Part shown: one piece after another, positions 19,471 through 26,700 of the stretch | How positions within the stretch are numbered: position 1 is the stretch's first letter | Layout of the letters: each line of letters starts with the position of its first letter | Origin: Chitinophaga pinensis | GTDB taxonomy: Bacteria; Bacteroidota; Bacteroidia; Chitinophagales; Chitinophagaceae | Reading direction: 5' to 3' | Assembly: GCA_943371455.1 (NCBI GenBank) | Contig: CALRUV010000001.1 | Location: forward strand, 1 to 45,613 | Length of the DNA stretch: 45,613 bases | Program-made: the position numbers and the translations under genes | The notes under the pieces: generated by a model | What the model was told of the DNA's origin: nothing | Database searches by the model: none | What the model saw: the letters and a program-made list of their open reading frames with translations, nothing else

Positions 19471-19856
19471 GAAATCAATTATTTAATCATTCAATTCTTA
19501 ATGAACGAACTTTTCATTTTGTTGCTCTTTTTGAAAAATATTCGAGTTGAAATAAATTTCAGTCAATTTTATCTTGAGGGGAATATGGAAGATACGAATT
19601 CAGAATATTGATTTAAACATTTTCTTTCAATATTGTTTTTAAGGCGCCTTCGGTGCTTTCTTATGTGCGAATCTATGCCCACTATGGCAAACCAAACTAA
19701 ACTGCGTTGAAAGTGCCATTATGGCTAAAGCGAGTTTTTTTGTCTTAATACTCCCTTCTAATCACCTATTTGCAGTGAACCAGCAACTTTTTAAAAATTA
19801 AAATACCGTTTTTACACCCCCAACTTTCAGGTATTATTACGTATTTACTTTTTACC

Positions 19857-20051
19857 ATGCGCAAGTACTTTTACCTTATGAAAAACGAGAAAATTCATTC
19901 TTATGATTTTGATAAAATACTTGAAGCGTTGGAAGAAATGTATCCCGCTATTTATTCCCGAAGATGGCTATTTCCGGATATGTATCAGCAGCTGATAGAT
20001 CAGATAAACCGGGTAAAACGGTTTAAACAATGTGCAAGTAAGCTTTCCTAA
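19857..20051 (+). CDS. Small hypothetical protein
   Basis: 64-aa ORF with an ATG start; no motif. Confidence 0.3.
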   Translation: MRKYFYLMKNEKIHSYDFDKILEALEEMYPAIYSRRWLFPDMYQQLIDQINRVKRFKQCASKLS

Positions 20052-20241
20052 TTACCTCGCGCTTCCCTCTCTTTCCATTCTCTCCTTCACTCATCCACTC
20101 ATTCCATCATTCCCTCATTACGTATTTCTACCTAATCCTCACCCACAAAACACCCCCCTCCATTGCGGCAAATACCTATTGCGCCATCTCTTTTTCACCC
20201 CTAGTATTGCCCTATTCATTCACAACTAAATCCAAAACATT

Positions 20242-20736
20242 ATGTCACAAGAAAACAGGATCACCGTAACCCTCAAGCCCACAGAAAAAGCTTCTGTTCT
20301 TAAACACATCAATGAGATCAGGCAAATACTGGGTGCCGCACTCATTTTTAACCTAGACCCCTCCGAGCGCCAGAACCTGGCCAAAATGGGCGATAAGAGT
20401 TTGGCCTTTGTAGGCAAAGCCCTCGATTATGCCACAAAAAACCCCACCCTGGTTCCGCCCTATCTGGAGCTGCCCGAGGCCATCAAAGATTATACCCTCT
20501 GTGCAGACCTGAAAGAACTTAGTCATGAACTCAGCACCCTTAGCCAGGCAATAGATGATACCCTCATGGTTGCCGGTTCGGAGGCTTATGATGCGGCACT
20601 CATTTTCCACAATTCCGTAAAAGGCGCCACCCGCACCAATGCCCCCGGCACCCAGGCTATTTATGAGGACCTGGCAGAGCGTTTTCCACGTAGCCGGCGC
20701 AGGGTTGAAGCTGCTCCGGTTGCTGTTTCGGCCTAA
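20242..20736 (+). CDS. Conserved alpha-helical hypothetical protein
   Basis: 164 aa. KMGDKSLAFVGKAL..A..NP.LVPPYL and DDTLMVAGSEAY.AAL match an uncharacterised family I recall from Bacteroidota and cyanobacteria. Confidence 0.75.
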   Translation: MSQENRITVTLKPTEKASVLKHINEIRQILGAALIFNLDPSERQNLAKMGDKSLAFVGKALDYATKNPTLVPPYLELPEAIKDYTLCADLKELSHELSTLSQAIDDTLMVAGSEAYDAALIFHNSVKGATRTNAPGTQAIYEDLAERFPRSRRRVEAAPVAVSA

Positions 20737-20940
20737 AGCCTCAAGTTTTAGATTCAAAGCCTGTTGTTTTGAGCTTTTGGCTTAAAATGGCGGGCTTTTC
20801 AGTTTAGGGTTTTGGGTTTTGGGTTTAGAGTTTGGGGTTTTGAGTTTAGAATTGAGGTGGAGAGGGAGAAGTATTGGGGTTTGAGGGTAAAGTTTAGGGT
20901 TTGGGGTTTAAAGTTTTGAGTTGTTGGGGTTAAAGAGGGG
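20731..20940 (+). repeat. Degenerate 7-nt tandem array (~30 units, G/T-rich, telomere-like TTTAGGG/TTTTGGG)
   Basis: GCCTAAA GCCTCAA GTTTTAG ATTCAAA ... AGTTTAG GGTTTTG GGTTTTG GGTTTAG AGTTTGG GGTTTTG ... GTTTAGG GTTTGGG GTTTAAA GTTTTGA. Starts at the stop codon. Confidence 0.8.
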
Positions 20941-21025
20941 GCTTCTTAGCGAAAGGTCGGGGCTTTGCGGATAGGCGTTAAGGCTAGTTTTATTTATTTA
21001 ACTTTAATAAGATTAGCTAATTCAT

Positions 21026-21907
21026 TTGGATAATTCCCCTTTCATACCGGATTATATCTACAAAAGATCAGACATACATGATATGTATGGAGGTAATAGA
21101 CAAGGCGGAATTGCACCATCGGCTAAAGTGCCCTATATATTTATATTCTCTGGTAAAACAGGATCTCAGTACGGTTATAAGGATGGATGGGATAATCCTA
21201 ATGTATTCAGTTACACTGGCGAAGGTCAAGTAGGTGATATGCGTTTTATAAAGGGAAACCTAGCATTGAGAGATCATATCAATAATGGCAAACGCGTTTT
21301 TTTATTTGAATACGAACGATCAGGATATGTAAAGTACATTTCAGAATTAGAATTTTTCGATATTGGCTATTTTGATACACCAGACATAAACAAGAATGAA
21401 AGAGTGGGTATCAAATTCTTTTTCAAGAAGACGGGTGCATATATTCCAGTTACACCAGAGCAGTTTCAAATAAATCAGATCAATGAAGATAATCCTGGTT
21501 ATGCTGAAATTATTTTACCAAATTCAACAGAGCGTTCAGGATTAGTTACTTCAAGGGTTGGTCAAGGTGCTTACCGAAAAAGAATTATTCATCGATGGGA
21601 ATACCAATGTGCCGTAACCGGGTTCAATAAATTAGATATCTTAATAGCCTCACATATAGTGCCCTGGTCTAAGGCAACAGATGCAGAAAGATTAGATGTT
21701 CATAATGGAATTTTATTATCTCCAACTTATGATGCCTTATTTGATAAGCATCTAATTAGTTTTGATCACCAAGGAAAAATTCTTCTCTCTGATTCTATTG
21801 CACCTGACGCTTATAATAAAATTGGCGTAACAGGAAAAGAGAAAATTCAAAAACTAAGTAGTTATAATTTTGAGTATTTGGATTTACATAGAGAATTGCT
21901 GATATGA
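21026..21907 (+). CDS. SRA-like + HNH endonuclease (modification-dependent, type IV-like)
   Basis: YGGNRQGGI...YGYKDGW...YTGEGQVGDM...GN (ScoMcrA-type SRA). RVGQGAYR..CAVTG..LIASHIVPW..NGILLSPTYDALFD (HNH_2). Confidence 0.85.
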   Translation: MDNSPFIPDYIYKRSDIHDMYGGNRQGGIAPSAKVPYIFIFSGKTGSQYGYKDGWDNPNVFSYTGEGQVGDMRFIKGNLALRDHINNGKRVFLFEYERSGYVKYISELEFFDIGYFDTPDINKNERVGIKFFFKKTGAYIPVTPEQFQINQINEDNPGYAEIILPNSTERSGLVTSRVGQGAYRKRIIHRWEYQCAVTGFNKLDILIASHIVPWSKATDAERLDVHNGILLSPTYDALFDKHLISFDHQGKILLSDSIAPDAYNKIGVTGKEKIQKLSSYNFEYLDLHRELLI

Positions 21908-22220
21908 TAGTTTAATAAGTTAATATTCTAAATCTTTTTTCTCCGCAGAGTCCTGGTTCTGAGGGTTATCTGAGGGGAACTCACATCTTTCTAAGGAACA
22001 CTTTTCGGAGAATTAAAAAACCCATCCGTCTTCACTACCCCGCAAATCTTTTTACTATTTGCCAAATGTTACGGTGCCGTCTATTTCCCGTTTATTTATA
22101 TTAGAGAAGATACACATGTATTTTACCTTAATTTATTTGCTATTAGGTATACTTAATAATTCATCTTTCAGGTGATTTCACGGTATTTTGATATTAACTT
22201 GATTTTTTCACTAAAAATAT

Positions 22221-22228
22221 TAGTTTTG
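22221..22228 (+). promoter_or_regulatory. Bacteroidota -7 promoter box TAGTTTTG (possible near-leaderless transcript)
   Basis: Matches TAnnTTTG, lies 4 nt before the ATG, with TTG about 19 nt upstream. Confidence 0.4.
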
Positions 22229-22232
22229 TAGT

Positions 22233-22847
22233 ATGTTCAGAACCCAAACGAACAAAAAAATCGGGAACCTGCTTAACTATCTAGCCACCCGAATTCCCAA
22301 CCTTAGTCTAACAAAAACGCTCAAGTTATTATACTTGATTGATGAAACAGCATATAGCCGTACAGGCGTTTCTATAACCTGGTTTGATTACAAGGTTTGG
22401 AAAAACGGTCCTGTAGCGGAAGAACTATATAACGAGTTGAAATACGACCAATCTATTATTCAAAACGGTGAAAAAATTAATCTCGAACCGTATATTGAAA
22501 CGCAAAAAAAAGAAAAAGGAGAACAAACCTTTGTAGATATTTTACCAAAGGGGAGATTTGATTTATCTTCTTTTTCTTCTTTCGAAACAGAATTGATTGA
22601 TAATATCATTGACCGCTTTGGTACTTATACCGCCGGCCAGCTAATTGAGCTTTTACATGAGGAAGATACATTATGGCATAAATCTGTAAAAAACAATAAC
22701 CTCTCTCTTAACTTTAAAGTATACGGCAGCAAAAGCAATCATACCATCGATTTTTCTGAGTTGATCAAAGAAGACCCTATTAAGCAAATGGCCGCTCAGT
22801 CTGCATTTGAAAGTATGCAGTTGCAGGAAGACCTCGAAAACCTGTAA
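22233..22847 (+). CDS. Panacea (DUF4065/SocA-like) antitoxin
   Basis: TKTLKLLYLIDE...G.SIT...Y..WKNGPV..ELY and TAGQLIELLH....W. Confidence 0.85.
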   Translation: MFRTQTNKKIGNLLNYLATRIPNLSLTKTLKLLYLIDETAYSRTGVSITWFDYKVWKNGPVAEELYNELKYDQSIIQNGEKINLEPYIETQKKEKGEQTFVDILPKGRFDLSSFSSFETELIDNIIDRFGTYTAGQLIELLHEEDTLWHKSVKNNNLSLNFKVYGSKSNHTIDFSELIKEDPIKQMAAQSAFESMQLQEDLENL

Positions 22848-22852
22848 GGCCA

Positions 22853-23311
22853 ATGGAATGGAAATCAGGATTAATTCTGCGCATTAAAGACTATAAATTT
22901 GAAGATGATCAGTCTGTTCGTGATAAATATGCTATCGTATTATATGCCGATAAAGACCAAGCCTACATTATTCACTCGCTAACAACCAGTCAAAACAATA
23001 AGGGTTTGCCAGCTATGCAGTATGGCTGTTCTGTACATCATTTTATTCCTTATTATTTTATTCCTCAAGGACAAGTTATTGGAGACAATAATTTTAGTTT
23101 TGAAAGAGATACATTCATTTTTTTTAGAAACAACGTAAGAAAAGAATCCACTATTAAATTTGAAAGTGCGGCAAAAAAAATTTTTGGACTTGCTATATTA
23201 GGCGTGTTATCCAACGATGAACTAAAGCGTATTATTAAATGTGCGATGAAGTCAAAGTTCATTCCTGCAGAAGTTGAGAAAGAGCTAAGTGTTTTCAAGG
23301 CTAGCTTGTAA
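22853..23311 (+). CDS. Putative cognate toxin (PemK/MazF-like fold suspected)
   Basis: Starts 5 nt after the Panacea gene. G.IL...Y.FED....RDKYAIVL....SLTTSQ resembles a PemK-type N-terminus. Confidence 0.5.
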   Translation: MEWKSGLILRIKDYKFEDDQSVRDKYAIVLYADKDQAYIIHSLTTSQNNKGLPAMQYGCSVHHFIPYYFIPQGQVIGDNNFSFERDTFIFFRNNVRKESTIKFESAAKKIFGLAILGVLSNDELKRIIKCAMKSKFIPAEVEKELSVFKASL

Positions 23312-23337
23312 ATAATGGTTTCAACATTACCTTAAAA

Positions 23338-23366
23338 TAAAAAACCCCAACATTTCTGTTGAGGTT
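23338..23366 (-). terminator. Rho-independent terminator downstream of the tRNA fragment
   Basis: Minus strand reads AACCTCAACA-GAAA-TGTTGGGGTT followed by a T run. Confidence 0.7.
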
Positions 23367-23370
23367 CTAG

Positions 23371-23391
23371 TGGTGTGGGCCGGGATCGAAC
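23371..23391 (-). mobile_element. att site: duplicated tRNA 3' end (T-loop + acceptor strand; probably tRNA-Phe)
   Basis: Minus strand GTTCGATCCCGGCCCACACCA gives a TTCGA T-loop, 3' T-stem and acceptor strand. The 5' two-thirds of the tRNA are absent. The Phe assignment is from memory. Confidence 0.75.
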
Positions 23392-23714
23392 ACAACCACT
23401 TAATTACTTGATAATCAATAATATACACTTATAAAAAAGAACCCGTGTCATTGCTTTGTCGTTTAGTGAAGGTAAATAAAGGGTTTTTAAGGGCAAAATT
23501 TATTTATTTTTTTGATGATAAAAATTCAAACTTTTTAATGCAAAAAAGGGGTGCTAAATATGTAACATTTCTTGAAAATACACAACCTCGTTCACTGGTA
23601 TTTTCGATTCATAATCTATTTCCATTTCAAGTAGAGTTTAATCTCTCATTATTTGATAGAATATGCGATTTTTTCTAAATTAATTTATGGGACCTTTATA
23701 CTACAAATATTTTT

Positions 23715-24545
23715 ATGGACACAACCATTGGTATTACTTGGAATTACTACGTTGATAAGGACGCAACACCCTCATCAAATGTGATCCGGCTATTAAACAC
23801 ACTTTCATTTAAATCATTGGAGTTTATAACAGAAGATTCCTTTACCCGGGACTCAGACCTTTACCATCTTCCCTACATAGTAAATAGTGTATCTATGATT
23901 GGAGATGTTCCGCATGTTAAAATGCGCTTACATGAATCAATTGAGGCTTTAAAAACAGAACTGGAGATTTATATTAACAGTGAAGAGTCTTTTGACGATA
24001 AAGTGTATGAACTCTCAATTGCCAAATTGTATATTAAAGAGTTTTTTCTAAAGAACAGTCTGCATGATCCAGTGTTACTCGATATAAACTTTACCTTCAA
24101 TCTTATTAACTTCAATTTAAAGGACATCATAACTGTTAGATACGATGAATGTCAGATCTCTACCAAAGCCTCCAAAGAAATTCATGCTCATCAGCATCTC
24201 CGTCACTCATATATAAAGCATTTAGAGGCTTTTATTGATGTTTTTAAGGAGAAGCTACATTTATCAGTTTTAAATAATAAACGAGAAAAGGTTCCAGCAA
24301 ACACGGAAAGGGAATTTGAATTATTAGAGGTATGGATTGCCTTAAAAGAGTCCGGATTTATGGATCATTTAAAAGACAAAAATGCTATCTCGGAGCACCG
24401 AAAAGAGTTTTTTGAATTATTCCAACTTACTGATATCAATTATTCTTCTAAGAACAGAGTAATAAAAGAGAGGAAACCCTCTTCCGCCAGATTTTTACCG
24501 GAGCTAGTTACACTTTTAAATAAATACCATAAGAAAAAAGAATGA
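23715..24545 (+). CDS. RteC-like regulator
   Basis: C-terminal ELLEVWIAL..SG...FFELF....NY.....IKERK....RFL.EL resembles the RteC domain; typical position next to an excisionase. Confidence 0.55.
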   Translation: MDTTIGITWNYYVDKDATPSSNVIRLLNTLSFKSLEFITEDSFTRDSDLYHLPYIVNSVSMIGDVPHVKMRLHESIEALKTELEIYINSEESFDDKVYELSIAKLYIKEFFLKNSLHDPVLLDINFTFNLINFNLKDIITVRYDECQISTKASKEIHAHQHLRHSYIKHLEAFIDVFKEKLHLSVLNNKREKVPANTEREFELLEVWIALKESGFMDHLKDKNAISEHRKEFFELFQLTDINYSSKNRVIKERKPSSARFLPELVTLLNKYHKKKE

Positions 24546-24565
24546 TATCCGCTAAGATTTATCTG

Positions 24566-24602
24566 AAAGCCTCCTACATATTGAAAATGTAGGAGGCTTT
24601 TT
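24566..24602 (+). terminator. Strong hairpin terminator (bidirectional-type)
   Basis: AAAGCCTCCTACAT-ATTGAAA-ATGTAGGAGGCTTT: perfect 14-bp stem followed by a T run. Confidence 0.8.
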
Positions 24603-24673
24603 GCTTTAAAGCAGGTTGATAAACAGGTTCAGCAGAAATTTGCTCTTATTATTAAACTCTTAAAACAAAAGTC

Positions 24674-24955
24674 ATGAGCAGTTATTTAGAAAGGTGGCCT
24701 GAACTCAAAGATTTCCTAACAGACATTGATGAGAAAATTTATAAGTCAAACAGGCCCACACAAGAAGTTATCCTCGATGAAGTTGATCTTTGCCGCATCT
24801 TAAAAATTTCAAAACGGCTTTCTGCTAAGCTACGGGCCGAGAGGCTCATTACGTACCACAAAAGCGGCGGCAAACTTTATTATCGACTTTCAGATGTTAT
24901 TACCTATGCAACACAAAATAAGGTTACATCTATTTATGATTCCCGAAAAATATAA
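24674..24955 (+). CDS. HTH_17 / excisionase-like DNA-binding protein
   Basis: ILDEVDLCRILKISKRLSAKLRAERLITYHKSGGKLYYRLSDV. Confidence 0.8.
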   Translation: MSSYLERWPELKDFLTDIDEKIYKSNRPTQEVILDEVDLCRILKISKRLSAKLRAERLITYHKSGGKLYYRLSDVITYATQNKVTSIYDSRKI

Positions 24956-24984
24956 GAGAGAAGACACCAGCACAACTAAATAAT

Positions 24985-25142
24985 ATGATTTTAAGATGAG
25001 ACGAAGTTTGCAAATTTTGAAATTTAGTAGATCGGCCTTAAAAAAGATTAGCAACGCGGAAGAGCTACCCGACCAACGCTACAGAAGGGATTTCATTTAC
25101 AAGCTTACAGATGTTCTAGGATACATTAATAAACACAAATGA
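24985..25142 (+). pseudogene. Decayed second excisionase-like HTH gene
   Basis: 24996-25142 reads ...LQILKFSRSALKKISNAEELPDQRYRRDFIYKLTDVLGYINKHK*, colinear with the preceding HTH. The 5' part (ATG ATT TTA a GAT GAG) is frameshifted. Confidence 0.55.
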
Positions 25143-25271
25143 TTCATCCATTAAAAGATTTTTTCAATTCCTAATCCTTAAAACCAATCGAACGTGCTTG
25201 ACTTTATTGCCAAGTACGAGATAAAGTCTATTGATACTTCTGTTCGCATTTTTAAATCAAAACAATAAAAT

Positions 25272-25628
25272 ATGATACCTCTAAGAGAATGTCCCAATGG
25301 GCGCCACAAATTCGAGCCATCAAGGGTAAACCAAATATTTTGCAGTATCCGCTGCAGAAATGCTTGGAATAATAATGCCTATAAAAAAGAATTGGCAGAC
25401 TATAAAAAGATAATGGATCGTCTCCGGTTTGCAGATAAGAATTTCGATGCTTTATTTAAGAAACAGGGTACTTACATTTTGCAGGATCATTTTAGGGATC
25501 ATAAGGTTTCATTTGATAGTGCTAGACAACTACACTATGATAGTAAAAATCTCATTGTGAAAGCAATCTATGTTCGATACCAATTAACCCTTATTGAGGA
25601 AAAAATATATAAAATAGAAAAAATATGA
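25272..25628 (+). CDS. Hypothetical protein with an N-terminal Zn-finger-like motif
   Basis: ECPNGRH..F.....NQIFCSIRCRNAWNN. Confidence 0.65.
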   Translation: MIPLRECPNGRHKFEPSRVNQIFCSIRCRNAWNNNAYKKELADYKKIMDRLRFADKNFDALFKKQGTYILQDHFRDHKVSFDSARQLHYDSKNLIVKAIYVRYQLTLIEEKIYKIEKI

Positions 25629-25876
25629 TACAAGTTTTGGGCAGCAACAAAATGCTATTTACCAGTGAAGCCGCAGCTATTTCATTTCTAATTTCTGAGA
25701 AAGATGCTTCCTTTCCTACTATTAATCAAGCTCCAGCGATTAAAACAACCAGGGTAGGTATAACCGGAGCGGAGATACTTTTAATTGGAGGGGGAATTAT
25801 TCTAACAGGGATTCTTATTTACTATACAATATGGTATATTGAAGAAGAAAAAAATAAAAAGAGTATTAAAAATTAA
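25625..25876 (+). CDS. Small single-TM membrane protein
   Basis: ATGA overlap with the previous gene. Hydrophobic ILLIGGGIILTGILIYYTIWYI followed by a charged tail. Confidence 0.55.
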   Translation: MIQVLGSNKMLFTSEAAAISFLISEKDASFPTINQAPAIKTTRVGITGAEILLIGGGIILTGILIYYTIWYIEEEKNKKSIKN

Positions 25877-26025
25877 TGCAGTAACTCATCTCAGGTTTAT
25901 AATTTTCCAGATTACGGTACATTCTTAAGCAGGTCATCATGCCTTGGCTCTGTACTCAATAAGGGGAAACCGGCCAGCATACCTATACTTCAGTCTGTAT
26001 TTTAAATTTTTGAATAATTAATTAT

Positions 26026-26700
26026 TTAAAAATCCACCTCTAACAATTGTCCATTTTCCTTTAACCATTGCTTAGCTTTTAAATAATTAGGTACTTGTAT
26101 TGAAAGTATGTTCCAAAAACGAGGTGTATGATTATTTTCCATTAAATGGACTAATTCATGAGCAACCAAATACTCTAAAACATACATTGGTGCTTTGATT
26201 ATTCGCCAATTGAAAATTATATTGTTTGCTGGAGTGCAAGAACCCCAACGATATTTCATTTCAGAGGTTTTAAATTCATTGTAAACAACCCCTAAGTTCT
26301 TTGCAAAATTGGAAGCCAAAGGTTCAATTAGCTTTAATGCCTGATTCAAATACCACTTTTTGAATAACGCGTTTGCATTGGGTTGGTTAGCTCTTGAAAT
26401 TCTAAATCTTTGCTCAAACTCAATTCCTTCAATTGCTTCATCAACCACCAATAACTGATAGTTTTTACCTAAGTACAACAAAGTCTCACCTGAAATAAAT
26501 TCTTTGGTTTGCGTATCAACTGGGTACTTCTGTGTATGATTAATTTTTTCTTTTAACCATTGTTTCTTTGATTGCAATACTTCTTCAATTTTTTGTGCAG
26601 ATGTATTCTCTGGGGCACGGACAATAATTTTCCTGTCACGTTCAACAGTGATGTTAAGCGTTTTGCGTTTACTATATTTTATTTCATATTCAAACTGCAT
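26026..26700 (-). CDS. YgjP/DUF45 (M48-like) Zn metallohydrolase associated with type I R-M
   Basis: MKYRWGSC, FNWRI, YLVAHELVHL..NH...FW. Overlaps the hsdR stop. Confidence 0.9.
   Translation of the reverse strand: MQFEYEIKYSKRKTLNITVERDRKIIVRAPENTSAQKIEEVLQSKKQWLKEKINHTQKYPVDTQTKEFISGETLLYLGKNYQLLVVDEAIEGIEFEQRFRISRANQPNANALFKKWYLNQALKLIEPLASNFAKNLGVVYNEFKTSEMKYRWGSCTPANNIIFNWRIIKAPMYVLEYLVAHELVHLMENNHTPRFWNILSIQVPNYLKAKQWLKENGQLLEVDF

Noticed and set aside
20032-20229. 65-aa Pro/His/Leu-rich ORF
   Set aside because: It is a by-product of the C-rich low-complexity tract, with a GTG start and no protein-like features.
20731-20940. CRISPR array or eukaryotic telomere contamination
   Set aside because: There is no repeat-spacer structure. 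The units are degenerate heptamers continuous with a bacterial gene and bacterial flanks.
23371-23391. Complete tRNA gene
   Set aside because: Only the T-loop and 3' acceptor strand are present; the adjacent sequence cannot form D or anticodon arms.
23445-23678. 77-aa ORF next to the att site
   Set aside because: It lies in AT-rich element-end sequence, has a GTG start and no recognisable motif.
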